Shown here: positions 44,537-54,207 of the stretch, in pieces | Position numbering within the stretch: the stretch's first letter is position 1 | Layout: each line of letters starts with the position of its first letter | DNA from: a virus | Taxonomy: Duplodnaviria; Caudoviricetes | Strand: one strand, 5' to 3' | Length of the DNA stretch: 60,180 nucleotides | IMG/VR virus record: IMGVR_UViG_3300046005_001206 | Span: 1-60,180 of that record | The notes under the pieces: model-generated | The model's database searches: none | What the model was told of the DNA's origin: nothing | What the model saw: the letters and a program-made list of their open reading frames with translations, nothing else | Made by a program: the position numbers and the translations under genes

Positions 44537-46609
44537 ATGGAAGATAAGAATAAAAAACCGGTTGATACGAAGCAGTTAAAAAAGCCAACCGGCACGTCTG
44601 TAACTGGCAAACCACTTGATAGTATCGAGATCCGTCCTCAGCTTAAGGGTCTCGGAAATCGCCAGCATAACGAGGATACCGTAGTCCTAACTGACACCTT
44701 AGCTGAGAAAAAAGCGTTGACACTCGTTCAGCGCCAACGCAGAGCTCGCATCTTAAGAGCAAAAGAGCCAAAGATGCAGAGAGCGAAAGAAGTCGCACAA
44801 CACAAGCTTGCCTCAGAAGATAAGCTGAAGGCTCGAGCAATCAACAAAGCAAGAAACATTGTCAAGATGAGGTTTGCAGCTCGTAAGGGAACTCCTTATA
44901 CCGAGCTTACCACATCTGAAAAAATTCAAGTGGATAAAGTAGTCGATAAGAAAGTCGCGCTAATTCGAAAATTAGCTGCGCGGCTTTTACCTTCGCTTCG
45001 TAAAGCGGAAGTCAATCGTTTAGCTTCATTCCAATCTGGAGCAAAGCTACAGCATGCGACTGCTGGACCAGTCAACGAAGAATTCAATAACATCGTCGAA
45101 AGTCTTGACAGTAAGACTTCGATGCAGCTCGTCGACATCATTAATGATTCGATTGATGCTCTTAACGAGAACAATAACACAATGGGTATTACGCTGAAGA
45201 GACTGCTTAATGCAGTTCTTCCAGAAGATGCCGCAACCTCTACTCTTATTCAAAAAGCCGAAAGAACCGGCATACCGTTCTCGACCCTTAGAGAGGTGTT
45301 CGAGCGCGGTTCTTTTGCGTGGGAAAATGACGGCAAAGCTACACAAGAACAATTCTCTTTTGCAAGAGTGAATAGCTATATTGCCAAAGGCAGAGCGTGG
45401 ACACTCGATGCAGATCTTCGCGAAGAGAAACTTATCAACGATAAGCTTGATAATGTCTTCGAAGCCTATCATACTGGTTTAAGCCCATCAACTGCCAAGA
45501 AGCGTGAAGCTCACTGGAAGAAGATGGAAAAGTATTCTGATAAAGATGATCGTGCATATCAAGATGCTCCTGGAGACAAAGAAGCTCGTAAGAAACCGAT
45601 GCCACAATCTGTACATACGAAGAAATATCATGCCATGTACGGTGCTAACGAGGATTATAGTGCATCTGATATGCACGAAGATCCTGTCAACGAAAGTCTA
45701 TGGGCTAATATTCATGCCAAGCGCAAAAGAATTGCAGCTGGATCTGGCGAACGTATGCGTAAGCCTGGATCGAAAGGTGCTCCAACACAAGCTGGATTAA
45801 AGTCAGCTCAAGAAGCAGTCGAAGATCAAGTAGGCAATAAGATCGCTGATACGGCAAGACACGGTAAAGTAAGATATGGCGGCGTAAGAACTGCAGATCA
45901 TAAAGAAACTGCTACTCAAGAACGTCAAGAAGTTCAGTACGTTAAGCGCCATAAGATGCACACGAAAAGAGAGACTGACGCTGATCCGCAACAGATTCGT
46001 ATCGCTCAAGATCAGATCAAAAAGAAAGTGATCGACGAATCCAACAATACACCGTATGTAAAAGCCTTTAAAGAAAAAGGCAGCACTGAACAACGCGGTT
46101 GGAAAGCTTCGAACAAACATGGCAAGGTAAAATACTTTGGTTTAAAGTTCAAAGATTCTGCACATAAGCATGCAGGAATCAATGAAGCTGCCGACAAGCA
46201 TCCGATTGTAAAAGAATATGACTCATTAAAAAAGCACGATATTAAAACTCTTCGTAGTATGATTGCACAGAGCGGCGGAGTTGTTGATACCTCTGGTTTT
46301 AAATCTAAAGATCACGCGGCATCACACATTATTCGTTCAAAGCACGGCAATAAAAAAGTAGATGCGGCATTTGGATTTAACGAAGATACTTCTGCAGATC
46401 GTGAAGTCGGTACTAAATCACTTGTCAAGAAGTATCAGAAAGAAACGCCTGGTCAAGAAAAAGCAGATGTCAACGAAATGTTTAATACAACTTTCGACGA
46501 AGATATCGAGCGCAGATCAGATTTTCGAATGATCAAATTTCGTACTCCAAAAGGATGGGTTTGGAGAAAAGTTCGGAAAGAAGTAGATGTTGAGAGAGAT
46601 GCCGAATGA
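44537..46609 (+). CDS. Large modular basic protein, putative internal virion protein
   Basis: Late promoter; ARVNSYI domain shared with 47368; Lys/Arg-rich modules separated by VNE/INE/IDE. Confidence 0.7.
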   Translation: MEDKNKKPVDTKQLKKPTGTSVTGKPLDSIEIRPQLKGLGNRQHNEDTVVLTDTLAEKKALTLVQRQRRARILRAKEPKMQRAKEVAQHKLASEDKLKARAINKARNIVKMRFAARKGTPYTELTTSEKIQVDKVVDKKVALIRKLAARLLPSLRKAEVNRLASFQSGAKLQHATAGPVNEEFNNIVESLDSKTSMQLVDIINDSIDALNENNNTMGITLKRLLNAVLPEDAATSTLIQKAERTGIPFSTLREVFERGSFAWENDGKATQEQFSFARVNSYIAKGRAWTLDADLREEKLINDKLDNVFEAYHTGLSPSTAKKREAHWKKMEKYSDKDDRAYQDAPGDKEARKKPMPQSVHTKKYHAMYGANEDYSASDMHEDPVNESLWANIHAKRKRIAAGSGERMRKPGSKGAPTQAGLKSAQEAVEDQVGNKIADTARHGKVRYGGVRTADHKETATQERQEVQYVKRHKMHTKRETDADPQQIRIAQDQIKKKVIDESNNTPYVKAFKEKGSTEQRGWKASNKHGKVKYFGLKFKDSAHKHAGINEAADKHPIVKEYDSLKKHDIKTLRSMIAQSGGVVDTSGFKSKDHAASHIIRSKHGNKKVDAAFGFNEDTSADREVGTKSLVKKYQKETPGQEKADVNEMFNTTFDEDIERRSDFRMIKFRTPKGWVWRKVRKEVDVERDAE

Positions 46610-46899
46610 TCGGGTTCAAGGAGTTCATCGCTGAGCGTGGAGAAGATTCAAAGGGTCACTTCATTGCCACCGAAAAAGGCGCAGGGATGACAGCGAAAGG
46701 TGTGAAAGCTTTTCGCGCAAAGAATCCTGGATCTAACCTTCAGACAGCCGTAACTGGTAAAGTCAAACCCGGATCAAAAGCTGCAGGCAGACGTAAGTCA
46801 TTCTGTGCTCGTATGAGTGGCAATAAAGGTCCAATGAAAGACGAGAAGGGCAGACCAACTCGTAAAGCAATGTCCCTTCGTAGATGGAAGTGCAACTGA
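46606..46899 (+). CDS. Small basic conserved phage protein
   Basis: MIGFKEFIAE N-terminus; RRKSFCARM...SLRRWKC. Confidence 0.75.
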   Translation: MIGFKEFIAERGEDSKGHFIATEKGAGMTAKGVKAFRAKNPGSNLQTAVTGKVKPGSKAAGRRKSFCARMSGNKGPMKDEKGRPTRKAMSLRRWKCN

Positions 46900-47333
46900 T
46901 GGAAGAGATCACTAATCCGCTTAAAGAAGCTTTTGCAGATACCTATGCTTTCTATGTGAAGGCACAGAACTATCATTGGAACGTCGAAGGACCAATGTTC
47001 TCGATGTATCATGATTTCTTTGGTAACATTTATCAAGAAGTCGGTGGTGCAATCGATCAGTTTGCCGAAGAGATTCGCGCACAGAATGCATACGCTCCTG
47101 CTGCCTTCAGCCGCTTCAAAGAATTAACAAGCATCGAAGACGAAGTTCTTATCATTAAACCTGAGCAAATGGTGTCTAATCTTTTCGAAGATAACAATCG
47201 AGTTCTTGCTTCTCTTCAACTCGTAAGAAATGTAGCAGACGAATACAAACAAAACGGTCTTGTTAACTTCCTCGAAGAAAGACTTGATCAGCACAATAAA
47301 CACGCATGGATGCTCCGAGCATCGATGAAATAA
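46899..47333 (+). CDS. dps: Dps/ferritin-like DNA protection protein
   Basis: HWNVEG..F...H..F, DQFAEEIR, KHAWML. Confidence 0.9.
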   Translation: MEEITNPLKEAFADTYAFYVKAQNYHWNVEGPMFSMYHDFFGNIYQEVGGAIDQFAEEIRAQNAYAPAAFSRFKELTSIEDEVLIIKPEQMVSNLFEDNNRVLASLQLVRNVADEYKQNGLVNFLEERLDQHNKHAWMLRASMK

Positions 47334-47367
47334 TTTCATAAATAGATTCAAATAAACGGAGCAAAAA

Positions 47368-49740
47368 ATGTTAACGAATAAAATCACAGGATTTAGTGCT
47401 GATCTTCTTAATACAGTTCGCGGTATTCTTGGAGAAGCGAAGAAGTGCCCATCAGATTGTGAATGCGAAAAGTGCGAAGCAGAAGAGATGAAAGAAGGCT
47501 CGATGCCGACTGTCGACGAACCGACTGATGCAAACAAGAAAACTGCAGACAAAGTTCGCGCGATGATGGCCAAAGAAAAGAAATTAAAAGAAGACATCAT
47601 GGAAATGGTGGAAGAAGCTTCAAGCGGTCTTGCCGATAAAGCAAAGAAATCTGGTGTATCTTTGTCTACCTTGAAAAAAGTATATGCTCGCGGTATTGCT
47701 GCTTGGAATAGTGGCCATCGTCCAGGTACAACTCCACAACAGTGGGCACATGCTCGTGTCAATTCATACATCACGAAGGGCAAAGGCACATATCATGGTG
47801 CTGACAAAGATCTTCGTAGCGAAGGCACTGATATGCCTTTTGATCCGCCGTATAGCAAACCCGGTGAACGCAAAGACGCATACGGCAATAAAGTAAAGAA
47901 TGTTGCTAAGTATCTTGCGAAGAAAGCAATGAACGATCTTGCTAAGAAGAATGAAGAAGCTGAGCATAACAATTGCGGAACTCCTGAATGTTGCGGACAG
48001 TGCGATACGCCTGGACAGATCGATGAGATTTCTGCAAAGACTGCAGTAAATGCTTATGCCAAGCGTAATGCCAAAGCATTCAACGACGGTCAATACGATG
48101 ATGAAGCTGAAAAAGACTATAACAAGTTAGACAAACAAGGTGATAGAATTCAAAGAAAGTTTGGTGACAAAACTGTTCGTAAAGCACAGAGTGCCGCTTA
48201 TAAGAAGATCTTTGGAGAAGAAGTCGAAAATCTCGATGAAACTGCAAAGATCGTTGCTCATCTTCAAAAGCGTTACGGAGACAATATTCGCAAGAGCCAT
48301 GTTCGCTCAGCAGCTAGCGATTTCGGTGTCGATGCATCAAAGTTAGCGAAAGCAGTACGTACTAAGTTGGGCAAGAATATGCTTGATGAAGAGGATGATG
48401 GCTGGTATACCCATTCTCAGATGCACGGTTCAAAGAAAAGTGAAAAGCACCCAAAGGGTATTTCGGCTGATGAATGGAAATCTGGCATTAGATGGCATCA
48501 TGGTAAGAATAAAAGAATTAATATTAAAGAAGAAGTCGAGCAGATTGATGAGTTGAGTGATACGTATTCAGCTCCTGCTAGAGTTCCACAAAAGATGATT
48601 AAGCCTGAAGCAGCTCGTAGAATGGCTAATACTGCTAATAGAAAAAACATGTCCGACAAGGATATTGAAACCGTTCTATTCAATCAGGGACACGGTCGCA
48701 AGTCGTTGAAACTAATTAATCAACTTCGTAAGGAAGAAGCTGAAGATCTTGATGAAACATCTGCAAAGAAAGCAATGGATTACCTAAGTAAATCGTTTGC
48801 ACCTAGAGAAACAGCTGTAGAACGTTCAGCTAGAGCTACTCGGTATAATCCTGGTGATCGAAAGGAAGCTGGTAGACTCCTAGGTAATAAAATGAAGGGA
48901 GCCGAAAGAGCTGGAAAGATCATCAGTAAGTCATTTACTGTTAAAGAAGAAGCCGAGCAGGTCGATGAACTTTCAAAGAAACCCGGGGGAATCTTAGACA
49001 CATATCAACAGCGTGGCACTTTTAAAGGTGACAAGAACCGGGATGCTGGTAGAAAGCTTGCAACTAAAAAATTGAATCCTGGCAAATATGGAATGGAAGC
49101 ACCTAAGGTAGCAGCTACCAATGAAGAAGCCGAACAGATTGATGAACTTTCAAAGGGAACACTGGGTCGTTATATTAATAAGGCGGCAGATCGCATGAGT
49201 ACACAAGGTGTGACTGCTGGTCTGAAGATTGCTGCCGATGAAAAATCAAAGAAAAACTTTGACACTATCGCAAAGCGTCAAAAAGGTATTGCGACTGCAG
49301 TTAGCAAGCTGACCAAGGAAGAGCAAGACTTTGTTGATTCGCTGAACGATGAGACATTCGAAGAAGTAGAAATCACCGAAGCGCGCGGTCGCCCAAGAAA
49401 GGCTGGTGCCAAGGATTTCACGATTCATCCGAAGACAAAAGAAAAGCTCATGCACAACAATCCTGCACATATGAAGACTATCGAAATTCTTCAGAAAAAC
49501 GGTATTCTTGAGAAGCCAAAGGTTGAAGCTGGTCAGCACATCATGAATCAGTTGTCGAAGGCAAAGACATCGATGTTAGGTGGATCTAAGATCAACTTTA
49601 CACATGGCGATTCGAAAGAAGTTTCAGGAACACATGCAGCAAAGATCTTGACGAAGTATGCTGGCATGAAGCCGAACGAGAAAGAAGACTTTCAGAAGTT
49701 TGTAGGTCACTCTCATGAAAACCTGATGAAACACGTATAG
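47368..49740 (+). CDS. Putative internal virion polyprotein with repeated EE(A/V)EQ(I/L/V)DE linkers
   Basis: CATAAATA at 47337; about 8 acidic linkers separating basic modules. Confidence 0.7.
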   Translation: MLTNKITGFSADLLNTVRGILGEAKKCPSDCECEKCEAEEMKEGSMPTVDEPTDANKKTADKVRAMMAKEKKLKEDIMEMVEEASSGLADKAKKSGVSLSTLKKVYARGIAAWNSGHRPGTTPQQWAHARVNSYITKGKGTYHGADKDLRSEGTDMPFDPPYSKPGERKDAYGNKVKNVAKYLAKKAMNDLAKKNEEAEHNNCGTPECCGQCDTPGQIDEISAKTAVNAYAKRNAKAFNDGQYDDEAEKDYNKLDKQGDRIQRKFGDKTVRKAQSAAYKKIFGEEVENLDETAKIVAHLQKRYGDNIRKSHVRSAASDFGVDASKLAKAVRTKLGKNMLDEEDDGWYTHSQMHGSKKSEKHPKGISADEWKSGIRWHHGKNKRINIKEEVEQIDELSDTYSAPARVPQKMIKPEAARRMANTANRKNMSDKDIETVLFNQGHGRKSLKLINQLRKEEAEDLDETSAKKAMDYLSKSFAPRETAVERSARATRYNPGDRKEAGRLLGNKMKGAERAGKIISKSFTVKEEAEQVDELSKKPGGILDTYQQRGTFKGDKNRDAGRKLATKKLNPGKYGMEAPKVAATNEEAEQIDELSKGTLGRYINKAADRMSTQGVTAGLKIAADEKSKKNFDTIAKRQKGIATAVSKLTKEEQDFVDSLNDETFEEVEITEARGRPRKAGAKDFTIHPKTKEKLMHNNPAHMKTIEILQKNGILEKPKVEAGQHIMNQLSKAKTSMLGGSKINFTHGDSKEVSGTHAAKILTKYAGMKPNEKEDFQKFVGHSHENLMKHV

Positions 49741-49747
49741 GTGTAAT

Positions 49748-50050
49748 ATGGCAATTAATATCGGAACCCTTATAGTAAAAAATACTACGCCTTCTATCGA
49801 AAGTGAAGAAGTTGTAACTTTACCTAATGTAGCATCTAATATTAATGTCGGAAATTTTATAGTAAAAAATAAACCAATTGTAACCGAGACTTTATCAGAA
49901 GTTGAAGTTGTTATTGAAAATGAAAAAGTTATGCCTCTACCTCAAGTTGTACAGATGGAAGAAGGCACTGTTATTCATAATGGTCAACCAAAAAAGTTTA
50001 ATAAAAAAATGTCGGCATACATGATTGATATGCTTACATCCGAAGAATGA
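49748..50050 (+). CDS. Hypothetical protein with internal duplication
   Basis: INIGTLIVKN / INVGNFIVKN. Confidence 0.6.
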   Translation: MAINIGTLIVKNTTPSIESEEVVTLPNVASNINVGNFIVKNKPIVTETLSEVEVVIENEKVMPLPQVVQMEEGTVIHNGQPKKFNKKMSAYMIDMLTSEE

Positions 50051-50084
50051 TAAATAAGACAAAGAATCTTTAGGAGAAACGAAG

Positions 50085-50930
50085 ATGGCTCAATGGGGCA
50101 ATACAGACGATGCTGCAAACTCGGTCCTATGGGCCACAACTGCAGTTAACTTAACACCTAACACAACAAACCAAACAGCTCTGTTTGGTAATACGACAAT
50201 CGGCGCATTTGTTGCCGGCGAAGCAGTAGGCCAATTTGGCCTTGATGCTACAGAAATTGGTGTTTCTGGTAACGCAGCAGTTCAGCAATATATCATTACC
50301 AACGCAGGTTCTGGTTATGCAGCTAACGCCGCAGTGTCAGTTGCGAATACAACTGGCGGTGCAAACACGCTTGCTGCTAACTCAACAGTTGCAACAGGTC
50401 GTGTGACTGCGGTGACAGCCAACGCAACAATCAGCGGATATACATCTGCACCTGCAGTGACTATTGCTGCACCGGCTGCAGCTGCATTTAATGCTAACGC
50501 CGCTGTTACAAATGCTACAGATGCGATTGCAATCACGACCGCAAATAGCTTTTTCCTTGTGGGTGATAAGGTAACGTACACAGTTGCAACAGGCAATACC
50601 GCTCTGACAAATCTAGTATCAGGTACTGATTATTTTATTAAGACGTCAAATACAACAGTCGTTACTCTTGCAGCTGTTCCAAATGGTGATAAGATCGACC
50701 TGACAAAGGGATTGTCAGAAACAGGGCACTCTTTGAGAGGCGAAACTGCGACTGCGGTTGCTGTTTTGACAGAGCGCGGTTATACCAAGGGCGCAGCACA
50801 CACCGGTTGGGTACTTCGTACAGTTGGTACAGGCGGTCGTGCAGGTCGCGTTCAGTATGAAACACTCGTAGCTATGGGTGGAACGTTCTCGACTGATGCA
50901 TCTGACGACGCAATCTTGCCAGACGCATAA
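50085..50930 (+). CDS. Virion structural protein (Ala/Thr/Asn-rich)
   Basis: WGNTD N-terminus, HTGWV...GRVQYETLVAM C-terminus; GATAAATA at 50049. Confidence 0.7.
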   Translation: MAQWGNTDDAANSVLWATTAVNLTPNTTNQTALFGNTTIGAFVAGEAVGQFGLDATEIGVSGNAAVQQYIITNAGSGYAANAAVSVANTTGGANTLAANSTVATGRVTAVTANATISGYTSAPAVTIAAPAAAAFNANAAVTNATDAIAITTANSFFLVGDKVTYTVATGNTALTNLVSGTDYFIKTSNTTVVTLAAVPNGDKIDLTKGLSETGHSLRGETATAVAVLTERGYTKGAAHTGWVLRTVGTGGRAGRVQYETLVAMGGTFSTDASDDAILPDA

Positions 50931-50939
50931 GGATAATAT

Positions 50940-51191
50940 ATGAGTGATCGTGCCAAGAAAATAACTGAACTGACTTCGATTGGCACGGCCAATACGTCGA
51001 TCGCGAGCGGAGACATCTTCATTGTCGAGGATATCTCCGCCAACACGACAGTATCTGCTACATTATCCACACTTCGTAAAGCTATCGTACAAGGCCCATA
51101 TGCAAATAACACTGCCGCAAATACCGGCGGTGTTGCACTCGGTCAACTATACTATACTGCGGCAGGGGAAGTGAAAGTAAGAATTGCCTAA
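50940..51191 (+). CDS. Small structural-like protein
   Basis: KKITELT; YANNTAA..GGVALGQLY. Confidence 0.6.
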   Translation: MSDRAKKITELTSIGTANTSIASGDIFIVEDISANTTVSATLSTLRKAIVQGPYANNTAANTGGVALGQLYYTAAGEVKVRIA

Positions 51192-51580
51192 TGATTGAAA
51201 AACTTGATGATTCCAATTTCTTGATATATGCTGCTAAGTGTTATGATAATCCACAATGTTTTGAGGATCTTGAATTTTACGAAGACTTAGCTCGATTCAA
51301 ATATATTAAAAGATTACTGAATCGCTATGAAGAATCTGGAGACTTAAAAGATAGATTAATCGTCAATCATCTTGTTGTTCTATATAACGTATTTGGCAAC
51401 GAAGCCACACGATTACTCTTCTTTAAGTTGGATGGCTATCATCATATGTTGAAGCCATTCATTATTTTATTAGGAAGACTTCCTGAGAAGATATTGAATA
51501 TCGGTGTCGATAATAAAACACTTCTGACAGACGACATTATTGTAGACGAAGTCATAGTACAAAAACTAAGGAAGATTTAA
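51191..51580 (+). CDS. Conserved T4-like hypothetical protein
   Basis: YDNPQC, EFYEDL.RFKYIKRLL, LIVNHL..LYNVFG. Confidence 0.8.
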   Translation: MIEKLDDSNFLIYAAKCYDNPQCFEDLEFYEDLARFKYIKRLLNRYEESGDLKDRLIVNHLVVLYNVFGNEATRLLFFKLDGYHHMLKPFIILLGRLPEKILNIGVDNKTLLTDDIIVDEVIVQKLRKI

Positions 51581-51894
51581 TGGCTAAAGATTCAAGAGAA
51601 TACGGATACGAAGGCGAGATGGTCATGTCTCAGCTGAAGGGTATCATGAATCATGCAGAACAACTTCATGATATGCTCGAGCCAAGCACAGATCTTCCTG
51701 AATGGGTTCAATCAAAGATTACTCTTGCTTATGATTATATGCAGACGGCTGCTGACTACATGGCAACCGAGATGAGCGAAGAAGTTGCGACGAATTCAGT
51801 AGGTGCTGGCAATGTAGCTGGTCTACAAGGTGAACCACCGGTAAATAAGAAAAAGAAAAACGTAATGTCTTTCAATCGGTTTATGAAAAAATAA
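51580..51894 (+). CDS. Conserved hypothetical (virion-associated) protein
   Basis: EGEMVMSQL, LPEWVQSKIT. Confidence 0.7.
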   Translation: MAKDSREYGYEGEMVMSQLKGIMNHAEQLHDMLEPSTDLPEWVQSKITLAYDYMQTAADYMATEMSEEVATNSVGAGNVAGLQGEPPVNKKKKNVMSFNRFMKK

Positions 51895-51895
51895 T

Positions 51896-52408
51896 ATGCT
51901 AGGCATGATTCCACTGCCATATAAACTGCTTGCCATCGGCGCGGCTCTGGTTGGTGTATTCATTTTCGGTTATATGAAAGGATCTGCCTATGCTGAAGCC
52001 GAATTGGCTCGTTTCTCTGCACAAAAGAGTGAGCAAGTCGCGGAATTAGAGAGGAAGAATTCTACAATTTCTACTCAGGTAGTGACTGAATACGTTGATA
52101 GAGTTAACACAATTAGAGAGAAAGAATATGTATATCGCGACATCGTTAAAGACTCTGTTCCTACTCAGCACGATATGTCTAATGGCTGGGTGTACACGCA
52201 CGACCTTAGTGCCACATCCGGTGATGCCGACTCCGCCAGAGCTTCTGATGCGAGCCCCTCAGGAATTACAGACACTACGGCCCTCCTCTCCATCATCGGA
52301 AACTATTCCAGTTGCCAAGCCAACTCCGAGCAGTTAAGACAGCTCCAACAGTGGATAATTCAAAATAAAGAAGCTGTTGATGCCATGGCAAAAGAGAAGA
52401 AGAAATGA
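51896..52408 (+). CDS. Inner-membrane spanin (Rz-like)
   Basis: N-terminal TM helix, coiled coil, C-terminal NYSSC...LQQW; hosts an embedded lipoprotein ORF. Confidence 0.8.
   Translation: MLGMIPLPYKLLAIGAALVGVFIFGYMKGSAYAEAELARFSAQKSEQVAELERKNSTISTQVVTEYVDRVNTIREKEYVYRDIVKDSVPTQHDMSNGWVYTHDLSATSGDADSARASDASPSGITDTTALLSIIGNYSSCQANSEQLRQLQQWIIQNKEAVDAMAKEKKK
52128..52337 (+). CDS. Outer-membrane spanin lipoprotein (Rz1-like), embedded in +1 frame
   Basis: Signal peptide with lipobox LMAGC; Pro-rich mature part. Confidence 0.78.
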   Translation: MYIATSLKTLFLLSTICLMAGCTRTTLVPHPVMPTPPELLMRAPQELQTLRPSSPSSETIPVAKPTPSS

Positions 52409-52620
52409 AGAAGTTTAAAGACGCTCCAGTAGAAGACGATTCGAATGATAGTGTCATTACGATCATTGCCAACTCTCTCAATAGAGCGAGCAGTGGCAAT
52501 AAAGATGATACGCGCGGTCTCCTACTTTTGATCGCCGCACTGGGACTTCTTAATCTTTCAAAAGACGGGCTTCCTGCGAGTGTTGCAAGAAAACTAGCAT
52601 CAACATCAAATAGAAAATAA
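52405..52620 (+). CDS. Hypothetical protein
   Basis: ATGA-coupled to the spanin. Confidence 0.55.
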   Translation: MKKFKDAPVEDDSNDSVITIIANSLNRASSGNKDDTRGLLLLIAALGLLNLSKDGLPASVARKLASTSNRK

Positions 52621-52633
52621 GCGGAGACATACT

Positions 52634-52936
52634 ATGTGGGAAAAAATTAAAAGTTGGTTTGCATTCGCAGATCTTAATAAAGATAATAAAGTCACAGTAG
52701 AAGATCTTGAAGTTGCTAAAGCTGTTGCTGAAAACAATTTTAAAGAAGCCAATGAGAAGATTAACGAAGTTGTAGAAGAAGTGAAAGAAGTCGTAACAGA
52801 AGTGAAAACTCGTGTAGAACGTGTAAAAGAAGAAGTAACCGACGTTGTCATTGCAGCGAAAGAAGTTGTCAATCAAGCTGGAGATGTAGTGGCTGCTGCA
52901 AAAGGCAAAGCGCGCAAAGGCAGAAAAAAGAAATGA
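52634..52936 (+). CDS. Hypothetical protein with EF-hand-like loop and Glu/Val/Lys repeats
   Basis: DLNKDNKVTVED; EVVEEVKEVV. Confidence 0.65.
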   Translation: MWEKIKSWFAFADLNKDNKVTVEDLEVAKAVAENNFKEANEKINEVVEEVKEVVTEVKTRVERVKEEVTDVVIAAKEVVNQAGDVVAAAKGKARKGRKKK

Positions 52937-53382
52937 GTCTGCTATCGTTTTTCTCATCACCTCCAATTACTAGCTTCGAACAACTCGAGCTAGAAAAAGG
53001 TAAGATCCAGTTAACTATCATGAAGATGGTAACGCTCGTCTTATCATCTATTATGTTAGCAGTTGTTGGTATCTTCCTAATTGGTCTCTTTTTGCCAAAT
53101 CACATGATAGATAACAACGAGATCTTTAAGATCATTGGTCCTGCATTCTCAATGATTATTGGTGCCTTTGTTGGTGCGTTTGCTACGATGATGGGCATGA
53201 AAGTTGCCGAGTTTGATCCGAATGTAAAGGTTCAAGAACTCGGTAAGACCGATCATAAGGCTGTTGCAGAATCTCATGTCATTAATGCGCAAGCCGAATC
53301 GATTGAAACAGACAACGAAATTAAGATGATGGCTGCAATTGATAAATACAAAGATAGCGACGAGGATCACGGTCCTTTCTAA
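52933..53382 (+). CDS. Two-TM membrane protein (holin/antiholin candidate)
   Basis: Two hydrophobic helices near the spanins. Confidence 0.55.
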   Translation: MSLLSFFSSPPITSFEQLELEKGKIQLTIMKMVTLVLSSIMLAVVGIFLIGLFLPNHMIDNNEIFKIIGPAFSMIIGAFVGAFATMMGMKVAEFDPNVKVQELGKTDHKAVAESHVINAQAESIETDNEIKMMAAIDKYKDSDEDHGPF

Positions 53383-53413
53383 ATTATGATTTCGTCCATT
53401 TACGGAGTCTCAT

Positions 53414-53653
53414 ATGTTTAAGAAACTAAAGGATCTTATTTTCCAGACTTTTACTGGAAAAGATAATAAAACGCTCGATTTAGGCAGAATCCTATGGGCC
53501 AAAGGAGTAATGATCTTCTTTGGCCTTTCGATTTATGATATCTATCGTGGTGCAGAATTTGACGCATCAACATGGGGTATCGGTTTAGGAGCAGTCCTCG
53601 CAGCAGGCGGTGCAGCTCTTGCACTCAAAGCTAGCACAGAACCTACAGAATAA
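53414..53653 (+). CDS. Small two-TM protein (holin candidate)
   Basis: TGKDNKTLDLGRILW plus two TMs. Confidence 0.55.
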   Translation: MFKKLKDLIFQTFTGKDNKTLDLGRILWAKGVMIFFGLSIYDIYRGAEFDASTWGIGLGAVLAAGGAALALKASTEPTE

Positions 53654-54135
53654 TGGCAACACCATCGGTCAATAAGCTATCTGAAGACGTGTCGTATCTG
53701 AATAGAGACATGGCAGTCGTCAATACGCTTGTTGGTCGTTTGGATACCACTATTGATAAGCTGACTGATATTTCAAGCAGCGTATCGAATCTTCTTGCTG
53801 TGCATGAAACTAAGTTGACTTCTCAAGAAATCATAAGCAAACAACTATCAGATTTATTGGAAGCGCGCAGAATGGAAACAGACGACAAGATTCAAATCCT
53901 ACATGAGCGCATCTCTTCTGGTGAACGTGAGCTGAAAGAAAGCATTGATGATCAGTACGATGAACTCATGAAAGAAATTAAAGAGATGAGAGCCGAGTCG
54001 ACTATTCAGCACAATACTTTAAGTGATCGAATCACTACTATGGAAAAATGGATGTGGGCAGTCATCGGCGGATCTGCTATTGTAGGTGGCATTATAACTC
54101 TCGTTCCATGGGCATCTATATTTAATATTTACTGA
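53653..54135 (+). CDS. Coiled-coil protein with C-terminal TM
   Basis: LLAVHE, LHERIS, EKWMW; typical gene upstream of T4-like primase. Confidence 0.7.
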   Translation: MATPSVNKLSEDVSYLNRDMAVVNTLVGRLDTTIDKLTDISSSVSNLLAVHETKLTSQEIISKQLSDLLEARRMETDDKIQILHERISSGERELKESIDDQYDELMKEIKEMRAESTIQHNTLSDRITTMEKWMWAVIGGSAIVGGIITLVPWASIFNIY

Positions 54136-54207
54136 AACCGCATTATTTAATGTACATTATTCCATAACTGTGTATAATGAGTATATCAGTTGTGAGGAAT
54201 AATAGTA

